Below are positions 37,565-51,019 of a DNA stretch of 64,000 bases, one piece after another. The stretch spans positions 2,294 to 66,293 of the forward strand of contig JACOXO010000014.1 in assembly GCA_016182365.1 (NCBI GenBank). Reading direction: 5' to 3'. The first letter of the stretch is position 1. Each line of letters starts with the position of its first letter. The notes under the pieces are model-generated. The model had not been told where the DNA came from and did no database searches. It worked only from the letters and a program-made list of their open reading frames with translations. The position numbers and the translations under genes were made by a program. The DNA is from Candidatus Gottesmanbacteria bacterium. Lineage in GTDB: Bacteria > Patescibacteriota > Microgenomatia > JACOXO01.

Positions 37565-38859
37565 AAACTTACGAACCAATTATCGGGATGGAAATACATG
37601 TTGAATTAAAAACCAGATCAAAGATGTTTTGTTCTTGTAGTGCAGATTGGTTTGGTAAGAAGCCGAATACTCACACTTGTCCTGTTTGTTTAGGTTTGCC
37701 TGGAGCATTGCCGGTTCCCAACAAAATTGCAATAGAATGGTCTATAAAACTAGGTTTAGCTTTAAACTGTAAAATTCCGTCTTTTTCTAAATTTGACAGG
37801 AAAAATTACTTTTATCCAGATCTGCCAAAAGGTTATCAAATAAGCCAGTATGATCAGCCATTTGCAATCAACGGAAATCTTAAAAAAGTGGGTATAAGAA
37901 GAGTGCATTTGGAAGAGGACACCGGAAAGCTTATTCATCAGGGAGATTCTACTCTAATTGATTTTAATAGAAGTGGAGTACCACTAGTTGAAATAGTTAC
38001 CGAGCCAGACATTCATTCTTCAGAGGATGCCAAAGCATTTCTCCAGGAGCTTCATAGAATAATAAGGTATTTGGATATTTCTGATGCGGACATGGAGAAG
38101 GGAAGTATGAGATTGGAGCCCAATATTTCTGTTGGAACTGGTGAGGTGCCTGACTACAAGGTTGAGGTAAAAAATATTAACTCGTTTAATTTTGTCAAAA
38201 AAGCTATAGATTATGAGATTGCAAGGCATAAGGAAATTCTTGAGAAAGGGCAAGTTCCAGTTCAAGAAACTAGAGGTTGGGATGAAAAAAAAGCCATAAC
38301 ATATAGTCAAAGACTTAAAGAAAAAGCACATGATTACAGGTATTTTCCAGAACCTGATATACCGCCGTTAATATTCAAAGAGAAAGAGATCAAAAGAGCA
38401 AAAGATCAACTGCCAAAACTTCCTGGTGATAAAAGGAGAGAACTTAAAGAGCTTGGTTTGAAAGATGATGATATAGAAATAATAATTGATGATATTGCTA
38501 CACTTAACTTCTTCGAACAGGCTCTTAATGTTGTGCGACTATCGGGGAATAGGGAGATATCAGCTCAAGAAATAGCAAATTGGTTGGTTAACAAAAAAAT
38601 AAATATTGATAAACAAAATCCCAAAGATTTAATTATGGCCATAATTGCAAAAAAACAAAATTCCCAAATTTCATCTGATATAGTTAGTAAAGCTATAGAT
38701 AAGGTAATATCAGCAAATCAAAAAGCGATAGACGATTATAATGGTGGAAAAACGGGGGTTATTATGTTTCTGGTCGGTCAGGTTATGGGTGCAACTAAAG
38801 GCAAGGGAGATGCTCAGGAAATTAGAAAACTATTAGAAAAAAAGTTGACCTATGGCTGA
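37561..38859 (+). CDS. gatB: Asp/Glu-tRNA(Asn/Gln) amidotransferase subunit B
   Basis: N-terminus [23 protein letters not shown] and GatB/YqeY C-terminal domain; 432 aa. Confidence 0.9.
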   Translation: MKTYEPIIGMEIHVELKTRSKMFCSCSADWFGKKPNTHTCPVCLGLPGALPVPNKIAIEWSIKLGLALNCKIPSFSKFDRKNYFYPDLPKGYQISQYDQPFAINGNLKKVGIRRVHLEEDTGKLIHQGDSTLIDFNRSGVPLVEIVTEPDIHSSEDAKAFLQELHRIIRYLDISDADMEKGSMRLEPNISVGTGEVPDYKVEVKNINSFNFVKKAIDYEIARHKEILEKGQVPVQETRGWDEKKAITYSQRLKEKAHDYRYFPEPDIPPLIFKEKEIKRAKDQLPKLPGDKRRELKELGLKDDDIEIIIDDIATLNFFEQALNVVRLSGNREISAQEIANWLVNKKINIDKQNPKDLIMAIIAKKQNSQISSDIVSKAIDKVISANQKAIDDYNGGKTGVIMFLVGQVMGATKGKGDAQEIRKLLEKKLTYG

Positions 38860-41800
38860 TTTTGTTCATCTTCATGTTCACAGTGAATATTCACTTCTAG
38901 ATGGTCTAGTTAAAATTCCCGATCTTATTAAGAGAGTTAAAGAATACCAAATGGATTCTATTGCTATTACCGATCACGGTGCTATGTATGGCGCTTTCAA
39001 ATTTTATCTAAAAGCAAAAGAAATGGGTGTTAAGCCAATTATAGGAATGGAAGCTTATGTTGCTAAAAGGTCCCGTTTTGATAAGGAAACAAATGTTGAT
39101 AATGATAGATATCATTTGCTTTTACTTGCCAAAAACAATATAGGGTATAAAAATTTGATGAAATTAACCACAAAATCTCATTTGGAGGGTTTTTATTATA
39201 AGCCAAGAGTTGATGATCAGATTTTGCAGGAATACCACGAGGGAATAATTGCCCTTTCAGGTTGTCTGCAGGGAGAGATCCCATCGTTACTAGCGAATGC
39301 AGAGGATGAAAAAGCACGGGAAAAAGCAATAAAATATTTAAGATTATTCGGTGAAGGCAATTTTTATATCGAAATCCAAAACCATCCGCAAATTCCAAAA
39401 ATTGAGGAAGTTAGCAAAAAACTGGTTAAGCTCTCAAGAGATTTAGGAATCCCTTTAGTTGCCACCAATGATGTTCATTATCTTAATAAAGATGATGCGG
39501 AAGCACAGGAAATTTTACTTTGTGTACAGACCCAAAGAACCATTCTAGAAAACAATAGACCACTTTCCATGATAAGTTCCCCTGATTTTTATTTAAGAAG
39601 CCCTGATGAAATGAAAAAACTTTTTGCTCAGTATCCTGAGGCTATTAAAAATACAGTTGAGATAGCCAAAAAATGTGATGTATCAATTCCCTACGGTCAG
39701 TGGATACTTCCAATATTTCCGGTACCCGTAGGATTTACAGGTGAAACATACTTGCGCAAAATGGTTGAGGATAGGGTAGCTGACAGGTTCGAAACAATAA
39801 CGCCTGAAATTAGAAAACGGATTGAATATGAACTTGACATTATTTGTAAAAAAGGTTTTGCAACATACTTTTTGATTGTCCAGGATTTTGTAAATTGGGC
39901 AAAACAGCAAGGGATAAGAGTTGGTCCGGGTAGGGGCAGTGTTGCTGGAAGCATGGTTGCATATATTTTAAGAATAACTTCCCTTAATCCTATGGTTCAT
40001 GGTCTTCCTTTTGAAAGGTTTTTAAATCCAGACAGGCCATCTCCGCCTGACATTGACTTGGATTTTGCCGATGACAGAAGAGATGAAGTTATAGCCTATG
40101 TTACCAAAAAATATGGTGTTGAAAAGGTTGCCCAAATTATTACTTTTGGAACAATGGAAGCCAGGGCCGCTGTAAGAGATGCCGGAAGGGCTCTTGGTAT
40201 GCCCTATTCCGCTCCAGATAGAATTGCCAAACTTATTCCTCCTGGGGCGCAGGGTTTCCCGATGTCAATTGAAAAAGCCCTGACAATAGTTGCCGAACTT
40301 AAAAGCGCGTATGATAATGAACCAGAAACCAAAAGACTTCTGGATCTGGCCCGCAAACTTGAAAAAATTTCCCGCCATGCATCCACCCATGCTGCAGGTG
40401 TAGTTATTTCGGACCGGGATCTTACAGATTATACTCCGCTTCAAAGGGAGGTAAAAGGAGACAGAATTGTTACCCAATATGATATGTATTCATTGGATGT
40501 TAATGCAGCTTCGGAGGGTAAAGCTATAGGCCTTCTTAAAATGGATTTTTTGGGACTTAGGAACTTAACTATCCTTCAAAATGCCATCAATTTTGTCAAA
40601 GTTAACAGAGGACTGGATATTGATTTATCCTCAGTTACTTTAGATGACAAGGCAGCATATAAAGTCATTCAGGATGGAAATACAACAGGAGTTTTCCAAC
40701 TTGAGTCTGGAGGTATGCGAAGGCTGGCCCAAGATCTAAAACCAAATAAATTCTCAGACATCTCAGCTATGGTTGCTTTATTTAGACCAGGCCCTATGGA
40801 TTGGATTCCAGATTTTATTGCCGCCAAAGAAAATCCCAGAAAGATAAAATATCCTCATCCGGCTTTAAAACCGATTCTTGCCGAAACCTACGGTATCGCC
40901 GTTTATCAGGAGCAGTGTATGCAAATAGCTAACTCGATGGCAGGTTTTACTATGGCTGAGGCAGATGGACTTCGGAAGGCCATAGGTAAGAAAAAACCGG
41001 AGTTAATGAAAAAAGAGCGGGAAAAGTTTATTAAGGGATGTATTAAACAAGGATATTCTAAAGAAATTGCCGAAAAAGTATTTTCGCTTATTGAACAATT
41101 TGTTGGATACGGATTTAATAAGGCACATTCGGCCTCCTATGCTTTAGTTGCTTATCAGACTGCCTACATGAAAGCAAATTATCCGGTTGAATTTATGACA
41201 GCTGTTTTAACTGCTGAGTCTCACGGAAGTTCAGGTCCAATTCGTGAAGAAAAGCTAGCCCAAGCTGTTGATGAGTGTAGGAGGATGAATATAATTTTAT
41301 TACCAGCAGATATTAATAAGTCGCAAGTTGATTTTGCAATTGAAAAATACCAGGGGCGCGATACGATAAGACTAGGGCTATCTGCTATTAAAAACGTAGG
41401 TACTGCGGCAATAACATCAATTCTTGAGGCAAGGGAAAATGGAGCATTTACATCACTTTCCGAGTTCTGCAAAAGAGTAGACACACAAAAAGTAAATAAA
41501 AAAGTTTTGGAAAGTCTTATTAAAGTTGGGGCGCTTGATAATTTTGGTAATAGAGCCAGCCAACTATCTGCGTTGCCTGAAATTTTATCAACAGCCCAAA
41601 AGGAAAAAAAGAAACTAGAAACAGGGCAGTTCTCGTTATTTTCTGAAAACGATAATGAAAATGGGGGAGCCAGTACCTTGCCTAGTTTTGATGAGTTTAG
41701 CCAAAAAGAAAAATTAAGATTTGAAAAAGAACTTTTAGGTTTTTATTTCTCTGCTCATCCCCTAACCCCTGTCCTTAAGATTATTGATAAGAAAGCAACT

Positions 41801-42082
41801 CATAAGCTAAAAGATTTAGATACAGCAATTCTAAAACCAGTGATTGTGGGAGGGATTATTACAAGAGTTAAAAAAATAATGACCAAAAAAAGCAATCAGG
41901 AAATGGCATTTGTAAAAATCGAAGACATTTCCGGATCAGCTGAATTGGTTGTATTTCCAAAATTCTTTTCCCGCACAAGGCATATCTGGATAACTGACCA
42001 AGCAGTATTGGTTGCGGGAAAACTTGACTCACGAGGTGATAGGACTAGTCTCATTGTTGAAAAAGCCTCGCTCTTGACGTAA
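38852..42082 (+). CDS. dnaE: DNA polymerase III alpha subunit
   Basis: N-terminal PHP domain [15 protein letters not shown], polymerase core, C-terminal OB fold; 1076 aa. Confidence 0.95.
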   Translation: MADFVHLHVHSEYSLLDGLVKIPDLIKRVKEYQMDSIAITDHGAMYGAFKFYLKAKEMGVKPIIGMEAYVAKRSRFDKETNVDNDRYHLLLLAKNNIGYKNLMKLTTKSHLEGFYYKPRVDDQILQEYHEGIIALSGCLQGEIPSLLANAEDEKAREKAIKYLRLFGEGNFYIEIQNHPQIPKIEEVSKKLVKLSRDLGIPLVATNDVHYLNKDDAEAQEILLCVQTQRTILENNRPLSMISSPDFYLRSPDEMKKLFAQYPEAIKNTVEIAKKCDVSIPYGQWILPIFPVPVGFTGETYLRKMVEDRVADRFETITPEIRKRIEYELDIICKKGFATYFLIVQDFVNWAKQQGIRVGPGRGSVAGSMVAYILRITSLNPMVHGLPFERFLNPDRPSPPDIDLDFADDRRDEVIAYVTKKYGVEKVAQIITFGTMEARAAVRDAGRALGMPYSAPDRIAKLIPPGAQGFPMSIEKALTIVAELKSAYDNEPETKRLLDLARKLEKISRHASTHAAGVVISDRDLTDYTPLQREVKGDRIVTQYDMYSLDVNAASEGKAIGLLKMDFLGLRNLTILQNAINFVKVNRGLDIDLSSVTLDDKAAYKVIQDGNTTGVFQLESGGMRRLAQDLKPNKFSDISAMVALFRPGPMDWIPDFIAAKENPRKIKYPHPALKPILAETYGIAVYQEQCMQIANSMAGFTMAEADGLRKAIGKKKPELMKKEREKFIKGCIKQGYSKEIAEKVFSLIEQFVGYGFNKAHSASYALVAYQTAYMKANYPVEFMTAVLTAESHGSSGPIREEKLAQAVDECRRMNIILLPADINKSQVDFAIEKYQGRDTIRLGLSAIKNVGTAAITSILEARENGAFTSLSEFCKRVDTQKVNKKVLESLIKVGALDNFGNRASQLSALPEILSTAQKEKKKLETGQFSLFSENDNENGGASTLPSFDEFSQKEKLRFEKELLGFYFSAHPLTPVLKIIDKKATHKLKDLDTAILKPVIVGGIITRVKKIMTKKSNQEMAFVKIEDISGSAELVVFPKFFSRTRHIWITDQAVLVAGKLDSRGDRTSLIVEKASLLT

Positions 42083-42102
42083 GTAACGTTAGATCTTACA
42101 AT
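42074..42102 (+). promoter_or_regulatory. Candidate atp operon promoter TTGACG-N17-TACAAT overlapping the dnaE 3' end
   Basis: Hexamers with 17-nt spacer read directly. Confidence 0.4.
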
Positions 42103-42129
42103 ATGAGTGTGGATGACCGCTGAGAAAAC

Positions 42130-42171
42130 TCCCGACGTAAAAGTCGGGATCCCGACACAAAGTCGTCGGGA
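42130..42171. repeat. Two tandem hairpins TCCCGAC-N6-GTCGGGA and TCCCGAC-N8-GTCGGGA in the atp operon leader
   Basis: Perfect 7-bp arms, same family as 869-885, 8166-8197 and 8480-8498; followed by an A8 run. Confidence 0.6.
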
Positions 42172-42187
42172 TAAAAAAAATGAATCG

Positions 42188-42385
42188 ATGTTTTTATCGG
42201 TTCTTGCTGTTGGTTCGCAGTTGGGTTTCACAATAAGTTTTCCAATTGCGGGAGGAGTTTTATTAGGAGTATTTCTCGATAAGAAATTAGGTACCGCGCC
42301 TAGCTTAACACTTTTATTATTGGGATTAGGAGTGGTTGTTAGTTTTATAACATTATTTAGGATATTAAAAGAATTTAATAAATAG
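42188..42385 (+). CDS. Small 2-TM protein preceding atpB (AtpI/AtpZ-like)
   Basis: 66 aa, two hydrophobic helices, position typical of atpI/atpZ. Start taken at the Met downstream of the hairpins. Confidence 0.45.
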   Translation: MFLSVLAVGSQLGFTISFPIAGGVLLGVFLDKKLGTAPSLTLLLLGLGVVVSFITLFRILKEFNK

Positions 42386-42391
42386 TATTAC

Positions 42392-43123
42392 ATGCCGCAT
42401 ATATCTATAACAGCAGAGCCTATTGGCAAGATATTTGGTTTAACCATAACCAACTCCATCCTTACAACTTGGGTAGTGATGCTTCTTCTTATTATCCTAG
42501 GGGTTTTAGTCTCCACATCATTTAAAACAATTCCTGGTAATTTTCAAAGTGTAGGAGAATTAGTCATTACTGGTCTTCACAATCTTTTCAAGAGCATAAT
42601 AGGTGAGGATAAAATAAATAAATTCTTCCCGCTTCTTGCAACATTTTTCCTTTTTATAATTGCAGCAAACTGGATAGGGCTTCTTCCTGGTGTAGGAACT
42701 ATAGGAGTTAAAGAAGAAGAAAAACTGATTCCCTTGTTTCGTGGTCCTACTGCTGATTTAAATACCACACTTGCTCTTGCCTTAATCGCTGTGTTTGTTG
42801 TCCAATATTACGGAATAAAATCAGTTGGTTCTAAAATTTATCTTTCAAAGTTTTTAAACTTTAAAAACCCAATTCTTTTTTTCGTTGGTATTCTTGAATT
42901 TATTTCCGAGGTTGCTCGAATACTATCATTTGCTTTCCGACTATTTGGAAACATATTTGCAGGAGAAGTACTGCTTGCAGTTATCGCATTTTTGATACCA
43001 CTTATAGTACCATTGCCTTTCTTAGGACTTGAAGTTTTTGTCGGATTTATTCAAGCTTTGGTGTTTGCTATGTTAACTGCAGTATTTTTGGCTGTTGCTA
43101 CAAGTGAACACGCCGAACATTAA
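42392..43123 (+). CDS. atpB: F0F1 ATP synthase subunit a
   Basis: 5-6 TM helices with conserved Arg in ...LSFAFRLFGNIFAGE...; 243 aa. Confidence 0.9.
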   Translation: MPHISITAEPIGKIFGLTITNSILTTWVVMLLLIILGVLVSTSFKTIPGNFQSVGELVITGLHNLFKSIIGEDKINKFFPLLATFFLFIIAANWIGLLPGVGTIGVKEEEKLIPLFRGPTADLNTTLALALIAVFVVQYYGIKSVGSKIYLSKFLNFKNPILFFVGILEFISEVARILSFAFRLFGNIFAGEVLLAVIAFLIPLIVPLPFLGLEVFVGFIQALVFAMLTAVFLAVATSEHAEH

Positions 43124-43154
43124 ATATTAATTTTAATAAAGGGGGTGACTTTAA

Positions 43155-43376
<222 letters not shown>

Positions 43377-43392
43377 CTAGTTTTAAATTGTT

Positions 43393-43887
43393 ATGGACAA
43401 ACTTGGAATAAATCCAACATACTTACTAACACAGATAATAAACTTTGTCATATTACTTGTGATTTTGACAAAGCTTGTTTATAAGCCAATGTTGACTTCA
43501 CTTGAGAAAAGAAGAAAAAAGATTGAAGAGGGTTTGGCTCTTACCCAGAGAATGAATGAGGAAAAAGAAGTCTTGGAATCAAAAAAGAAAAAAATCGTAC
43601 TTGAGGCTCAAAAGGAGGCAAGAGATATTATCGAAAAAGCCCGGGAGGCCGGGAAAAAGGAAGAACAGGAAATTATTGCTGAGGCGAATCAAAAAGCACA
43701 AGGTGTAATTGAAAAAACAAATAAAGAGCTTAAGGCAAAAGAAAAGGAGTTAGAAGCAAAAGTTTCGAGAGATGCAGTTGATATAGCAACCCAGCTGACT
43801 TTAAGGTTAATTGGTGAAGTTTTAGACAAAAACAAACAGGAAGCTCTTTTGAAAAAAAGGCTTTCCCAATTTATTAACAAAAAATAA
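43393..43887 (+). CDS. atpF: F0F1 ATP synthase subunit b
   Basis: N-terminal TM then long charged coiled coil (KKEEQEIIAEANQKAQ); 164 aa. Confidence 0.85.
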   Translation: MDKLGINPTYLLTQIINFVILLVILTKLVYKPMLTSLEKRRKKIEEGLALTQRMNEEKEVLESKKKKIVLEAQKEARDIIEKAREAGKKEEQEIIAEANQKAQGVIEKTNKELKAKEKELEAKVSRDAVDIATQLTLRLIGEVLDKNKQEALLKKRLSQFINKK

Positions 43888-43900
43888 TTCTGATCTAAAA

Positions 43901-44245
43901 ATGGCACGTCTACCTAAAAATGAAATAGTATCTGGAGTTATAGATTTTATAAAAGACACAAATGATTTAACTGTGGCTAGGGAGGTTGTTGAAAAATTAG
44001 AGGCGCATCAGTCAAGTAAATCAAAAGAAGCTGTTGTGATAAGTTCATCTGAAATAGACATCGTGGGTAAACAAAAGCTGGAGAAAAAACTAAAAAAGGA
44101 TTTTGGGGATAAGATAACAATTGTATATAAAGTCGAAAGCAAAATCCTGGGGGGAATTATTATACAGGTTGGCGATTGGGTATACGATAATTCTGTATCC
44201 GGTCAATTAGAAAATTTTAAACAAACTTTGTATGGCACAATCTAA
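43901..44245 (+). CDS. atpH: F0F1 ATP synthase subunit delta, short form (C-terminal domain only, 114 aa)
   Basis: C-terminal OSCP/delta block ...[36 protein letters not shown]; lacks the usual N-terminal ~60 aa helical bundle. Confidence 0.7.
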   Translation: MARLPKNEIVSGVIDFIKDTNDLTVAREVVEKLEAHQSSKSKEAVVISSSEIDIVGKQKLEKKLKKDFGDKITIVYKVESKILGGIIIQVGDWVYDNSVSGQLENFKQTLYGTI

Positions 44246-45767
44246 AAATATTACTTCTTATATTCTTGAAAGCATCAAGAAGTATCAACCCAGCTCAACT
44301 ACAAAAAGAGTTGGACAGGTTATTGCAGTTAGCGACGGTGTTGCCTATGCGTCAGGTCTTCACGAAGTAGCTTATTCAGAACTGGTTAAATTCCAGAATG
44401 GAGTATACGGAGTCACCTTAAATCTTGAAAAAACCAAAGTTGGAGTTATTATTTTGGGTGAATGGACAGGTATTTCAGAGGGAACGGAAGTAGAAGCAAC
44501 TGGCAAACTTCTTTCAGTTCCTGTTGGCGATGAGCTAATCGGCCGGGTTGTTGATCCGCTTGGGAGAGCAATTGACGGCAAAGGCCGCCTGAACCTTAAA
44601 AAATTTAATCCAATTGAGAAAATTGCTCCTGATGTTACCAAAAGATATCCTGTTACAACTCCGGTTCAGACAGGTATTATGGCAATTGACGGCATGATTC
44701 CGGTAGGCCGTGGACAAAGAGAACTTATTATTGGGGACAGGGGGGTAGGTAAAACAGCAATTGTTCTGGATACTATTATAAATCAGAAAAAGCAAAACCT
44801 TGTTTGTATTTATGTTGCCATTGGCCAAAAAACTTCCCGTATTGCCCAAGTCGTTGACAGTCTAAATAAGTATGGTGCCATGGATTACACAATTGTAGTT
44901 TCGGCCTCAGCTGCAGACCCGGCAAGTTATCAGTACCTGGCTCCCTACACAGGATGCGCAATTGGAGAATACTTTTTGGATAAAGGCAAAGATGCTTTGG
45001 TTATTTATGATGATTTATCAAAACATGCTTGGGCATACAGGCAAATCTCCCTTATATTACGCCGTCCATCAGGAAGAGAAGCATATCCTGGTGACATATT
45101 TTATCTCCATTCCAGGTTACTTGAAAGGGCATGCCGACTTGATCAGAAATACGGTGGTGGATCACTCACAGCTTTGCCAATTATTGAAACCCAGGCTGGA
45201 GATGTGTCGGCATATATTCCTACAAACGTCATTTCCATAACAGATGGGCAGATTTTTTTAGAGGGCGATCTGTTTTATGCAGGAATTAGACCTGCAATTA
45301 ATGTTGGTATTTCAGTCTCTCGTGTGGGTGGAAATGCCCAAATTAAAGCTATGAAGCAAGTAGCTGGATCGATGAGACTTGATCTTGCCCAGTATAGAGC
45401 CTTAGCGTCATTCTCCCAGTTTGCTTCAGATTTAGATCCTAAAACCAGAGCTCAACTTGATCGGGGTATCAGGATGCAGGAGTTATTAAAGCAGCCGCAG
45501 TATGAGCCCACCCCCGTTAATATTCAGGTAGCTATTATTTATGCTGCCAATAAAGGAATGTTTGATTTAGTTTCTGTTGATAAAGTCGCTAAGTTAAAAG
45601 AAGAATTCATAAGCTTTATTAAAACAGAAAACAAAATTCTAAAAGCAATTATTAATGAACAGAAAGTGTCATCAGACATCGAAAAAAGTCTGGATAATGC
45701 AATTGATAAATTCCAAAAGCAATACATGCCAATAGAACAAGAGATCAAAAGAACAAAAGAACAATAA
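44232..45767 (+). CDS. atpA: F0F1 ATP synthase subunit alpha
   Basis: Walker A GDRGVGKT, alpha-specific C-terminal region; 511 aa. Confidence 0.95.
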   Translation: MAQSKNITSYILESIKKYQPSSTTKRVGQVIAVSDGVAYASGLHEVAYSELVKFQNGVYGVTLNLEKTKVGVIILGEWTGISEGTEVEATGKLLSVPVGDELIGRVVDPLGRAIDGKGRLNLKKFNPIEKIAPDVTKRYPVTTPVQTGIMAIDGMIPVGRGQRELIIGDRGVGKTAIVLDTIINQKKQNLVCIYVAIGQKTSRIAQVVDSLNKYGAMDYTIVVSASAADPASYQYLAPYTGCAIGEYFLDKGKDALVIYDDLSKHAWAYRQISLILRRPSGREAYPGDIFYLHSRLLERACRLDQKYGGGSLTALPIIETQAGDVSAYIPTNVISITDGQIFLEGDLFYAGIRPAINVGISVSRVGGNAQIKAMKQVAGSMRLDLAQYRALASFSQFASDLDPKTRAQLDRGIRMQELLKQPQYEPTPVNIQVAIIYAANKGMFDLVSVDKVAKLKEEFISFIKTENKILKAIINEQKVSSDIEKSLDNAIDKFQKQYMPIEQEIKRTKEQ

Positions 45768-45770
45768 AAA

Positions 45771-45810
45771 TTATTATTTTTGATCAATTGATCCTATGAT
45801 CTTTTGATCT
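45771..45810. repeat. Degenerate 8-bp tandem repeat (TGATCNNN)x4-5 giving four GATC sites at exact 8-bp spacing, directly upstream of atpG
   Basis: Read directly: tgatcaat tgatccta tgatcttt tgatctta tgaacata. Confidence 0.5.
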
Positions 45811-45819
45811 TATGAACAT

Positions 45820-48481
<2,662 letters not shown>

Positions 48482-48580
48482 AAAAGAATTCACAAGAATT
48501 CACACCCCACGAGTGTGATTGAGGATACACCTTCGGAAGAAAGATTGTTCTAATGTTTCGAAACATAGAAACAATAACGA

Positions 48581-48620
48581 GAAAAGAAAAACCCGCTGCA
48601 GACGGGCGGGTATTTCTTTA
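48581..48620. terminator. Bidirectional rho-independent terminator (ACCCGC-N9-GCGGGT flanked by A-run and T-run)
   Basis: 6-bp GC stem at 48591-48611 with U-rich tracts on both strands, between convergent atpC and the 48639-50249 gene. Confidence 0.6.
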
Positions 48621-48638
48621 CTATTCCTACGCACCTCA

Positions 48639-50249
48639 TTATTTAGGAGGCGGTGGAACTAGACATGTTATATTTCCTGATTGATTTCCAGCCAAATCCA
48701 CTCCATAGACAAGCGCATCACTATTAAGCGTAATGTGAGCAACGATTGCTCCAGCTTGTCCATTGGTACTTCCCATCGGTTTTGAAGATGGTGTTGTTCC
48801 AGGAGCTTCAGTAATTTTCACCTTATCAAGGCTTGAAAATGGTCCAAAAGGACCACTTCCTAAGGCATCAGTGATAAAGATACTGACTAAGCCGGGAATA
48901 TTATCCCGTCCAAAAAGCTCGTAGAAACCATCCTCGTTTTGTCCACCTCTTGATCCTGGTAATGTTGTACTACCAGCTGGTGGAACATTCTTTCCGTGCG
49001 GATTAACTGTCTCTGTACAGCTTACTTTTGGTGGTGTAGTATCAATCCACTCTTTTTCTGCTCTGGCACAATGTTCTACTCCAGCCTCATCGGTAAAGCA
49101 GGCCTGAATAACATCAGTTCCTACTGAACCATTGCTTTGATATGTCCACGACACCTGGCCGCTTCCATCAGTTGTACAATCGGCATTTACACTACAGGTT
49201 CCAGTTGCTCCAGTGTTTGGTCCTGAAGTTACACTAAAGTTAACCAAAACGTTGGGAACCGGATTTCCTCCAGCTGTAACTGTGGCAGTAACTGTATGTT
49301 CAGTTCCTGCTGGGTTGGTGTCAGTTGGCGGGTCTAAGGTGATCCCTGGTTGACTAACTGTTGGCTCACCAAAAATAGCAAGACCTGCTAAACTTGGTCC
49401 AACAACTGCGGCAGTAAATACTGGTGCACCTGTTCCTAGTCCTGATGCAATATCTACTTTATAGATATTTCTAGTACTATATCCTCCAGTCCAGAAATGG
49501 GTACCGTTCGGATCCAAATTCATAGCAAATAAAAATTCCCCTCCGATTGGATATGTTTGCATCGGATTACCAGCCGCATCAAGTCTGTATGTTTGAGTAC
49601 TACAGGTAACCATTACTTCACTATTGCCCCGAATTCTAAGAGCAAAACAAGGACCTGTTAGACCGGTTGCAAAGTCTGGGTTCTGAGTATTGGTACAGAC
49701 GTCAAAACTATGAACTGTACTTCCTTCTGATGTATACAACATTGTACATTGATCAGCTGAAAGATCGATCCAGTCAACACCCCTAGGTCCAGTTGTTGGG
49801 GAAAAGCTTCCCAATGAGTTACCAGCTGAATCCCATTTTCTGATCTGTTCGGCACCATCAACTTCACCAGTATAGATGTTTCCTGCTCCATCGACTACAC
49901 AAGATTCTGGGCGTAGTCCAAATGGCCCTGCCCAAGGATGAGTAAGGACACCACCCATATTGTCAAATTTTGTCATGTTTTGAGCAGTAAAATTGGTGCT
50001 ATATAAGTTACTTGAAGCATCAAAGCACATTCCAGTTTGCTCACTACTTCCGCTTGTTGTATTCAGCACTTCAATCAAAGCCCCTGTTTGGTCATAACGA
50101 TAGATCTGACCACCTCCAACACCGGCAAATATATCACCTGTTGCATAAGGAATATGATTTGCTTGGGTTGTTTTAGGATGAACAGAAGATAAAATGACAG
50201 CCGCTATCAAGAACACTCCTAACCATATTGCTTTTTTTAACATTCTCAT
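48639..50249 (-). CDS. Secreted repeat protein, probable beta-propeller plus Ig-like C-terminal domain
   Basis: Signal peptide MRMLKKAIWLGVFLIAAVILSSVHPKTTQA, strong GGAGGAGGTG RBS; Gly/Thr/Asn-rich beta-strand repeats; family not assignable by eye. Confidence 0.5.
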   Translation of the reverse strand: MRMLKKAIWLGVFLIAAVILSSVHPKTTQANHIPYATGDIFAGVGGGQIYRYDQTGALIEVLNTTSGSSEQTGMCFDASSNLYSTNFTAQNMTKFDNMGGVLTHPWAGPFGLRPESCVVDGAGNIYTGEVDGAEQIRKWDSAGNSLGSFSPTTGPRGVDWIDLSADQCTMLYTSEGSTVHSFDVCTNTQNPDFATGLTGPCFALRIRGNSEVMVTCSTQTYRLDAAGNPMQTYPIGGEFLFAMNLDPNGTHFWTGGYSTRNIYKVDIASGLGTGAPVFTAAVVGPSLAGLAIFGEPTVSQPGITLDPPTDTNPAGTEHTVTATVTAGGNPVPNVLVNFSVTSGPNTGATGTCSVNADCTTDGSGQVSWTYQSNGSVGTDVIQACFTDEAGVEHCARAEKEWIDTTPPKVSCTETVNPHGKNVPPAGSTTLPGSRGGQNEDGFYELFGRDNIPGLVSIFITDALGSGPFGPFSSLDKVKITEAPGTTPSSKPMGSTNGQAGAIVAHITLNSDALVYGVDLAGNQSGNITCLVPPPPK

Positions 50250-50472
50250 GTATATTCACCTCCTCCTTTTTTAAAACCCACCTGTCTGCTAAGGTGGGTT
50301 CATTACTCAAATATAAAGATATGTTTTCTCCAGTAGGGCATACAACGTAATATAGATCACATATTATACTTTGTCAATAAAATTAATAACCCCCAAATTC
50401 AAACCAGAGGTGCCACCTCAATTCCACCTCTAAGGTGGAATAGATTCGCCACCTTGGGTAAATTTACTTAGC

Positions 50473-50501
50473 TTGACACAAATTACAAATGAGAATAGTA
50501 T
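50473..50501 (+). promoter_or_regulatory. Promoter TTGACA-N17-TAGTAT for the CBS-domain gene
   Basis: Consensus -35 with 17-nt spacer, about 18 nt upstream of the ATG at 50520. Confidence 0.5.
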
Positions 50502-50519
50502 AGCGTAGGGGTTTATAGC

Positions 50520-50969
50520 ATGAAAGTTTGGCAGGTGATGCAGAAAAATCCGCTAGTTATTACTCCTGACACAAATTTTTCTCAGGCCTGGGACTTACTT
50601 TTCCAAAAACATAAACATTCACTGCCTGTAGTTGATAAAAAAAATAAATTGGTTGGGATTGTGGCAATAGAGGATGTAGTAAAACAGCTTTACCCCAGTT
50701 ATTCAGATACGCTGGAGGAATTCTTGCAAGAATCAACTTTTGATGATTTAGAGGATAAAATTGATGATATTAAATACAAAAAAGTTGAGAAATTTATGAA
50801 TAAACTTGTTGTTTGTACTTTCAAAGATGACCCGGCCTTAAAAGCATTATCTAAAATGGTTGTAAAAAGGGTTAGACAACTTCCGGTTATTGATTACGAT
50901 GAAACATTACTTGGCATTGTCTCAAAAAGGGATATTTTTGATAAGTTGTTCAGGTCCAAAAAAAGCTAA
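50520..50969 (+). CDS. Tandem CBS-domain protein
   Basis: Two CBS repeats (LPVVDKKNKLVGIVAIEDVV and LPVIDYDETLLGIVSKRDIF); 149 aa. Confidence 0.8.
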   Translation: MKVWQVMQKNPLVITPDTNFSQAWDLLFQKHKHSLPVVDKKNKLVGIVAIEDVVKQLYPSYSDTLEEFLQESTFDDLEDKIDDIKYKKVEKFMNKLVVCTFKDDPALKALSKMVVKRVRQLPVIDYDETLLGIVSKRDIFDKLFRSKKS

Positions 50970-50985
50970 TTTTGCAATTTCCCTG

Positions 50986-51014
50986 TTGACAAGAGGGGGG
51001 CTTGTTGATAATAT
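50986..51014 (+). promoter_or_regulatory. Promoter TTGACA-N17-TAATAT at the head of the pyrG leader
   Basis: Read directly; about 170 nt upstream of the pyrG ATG. Confidence 0.5.
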
Positions 51015-51019
51015 AAAAT

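Noticed and set aside
45771-45810. Possibility that the 8-bp tandem repeats are a CRISPR array
   Set aside because: Units are 8 bp with no spacers and no cas genes nearby; not CRISPR.
48553-48566. 14-bp perfect palindrome ATGTTTCGAAACAT and adjacent 10-bp tandem duplicate AAGAATTCAC x2 (48485-48504) downstream of atpC
   Set aside because: AT-rich palindromes of this length are expected by chance in 35% GC DNA. They lie in a 3' spacer between convergent genes with no promoter context, so no function can be argued.
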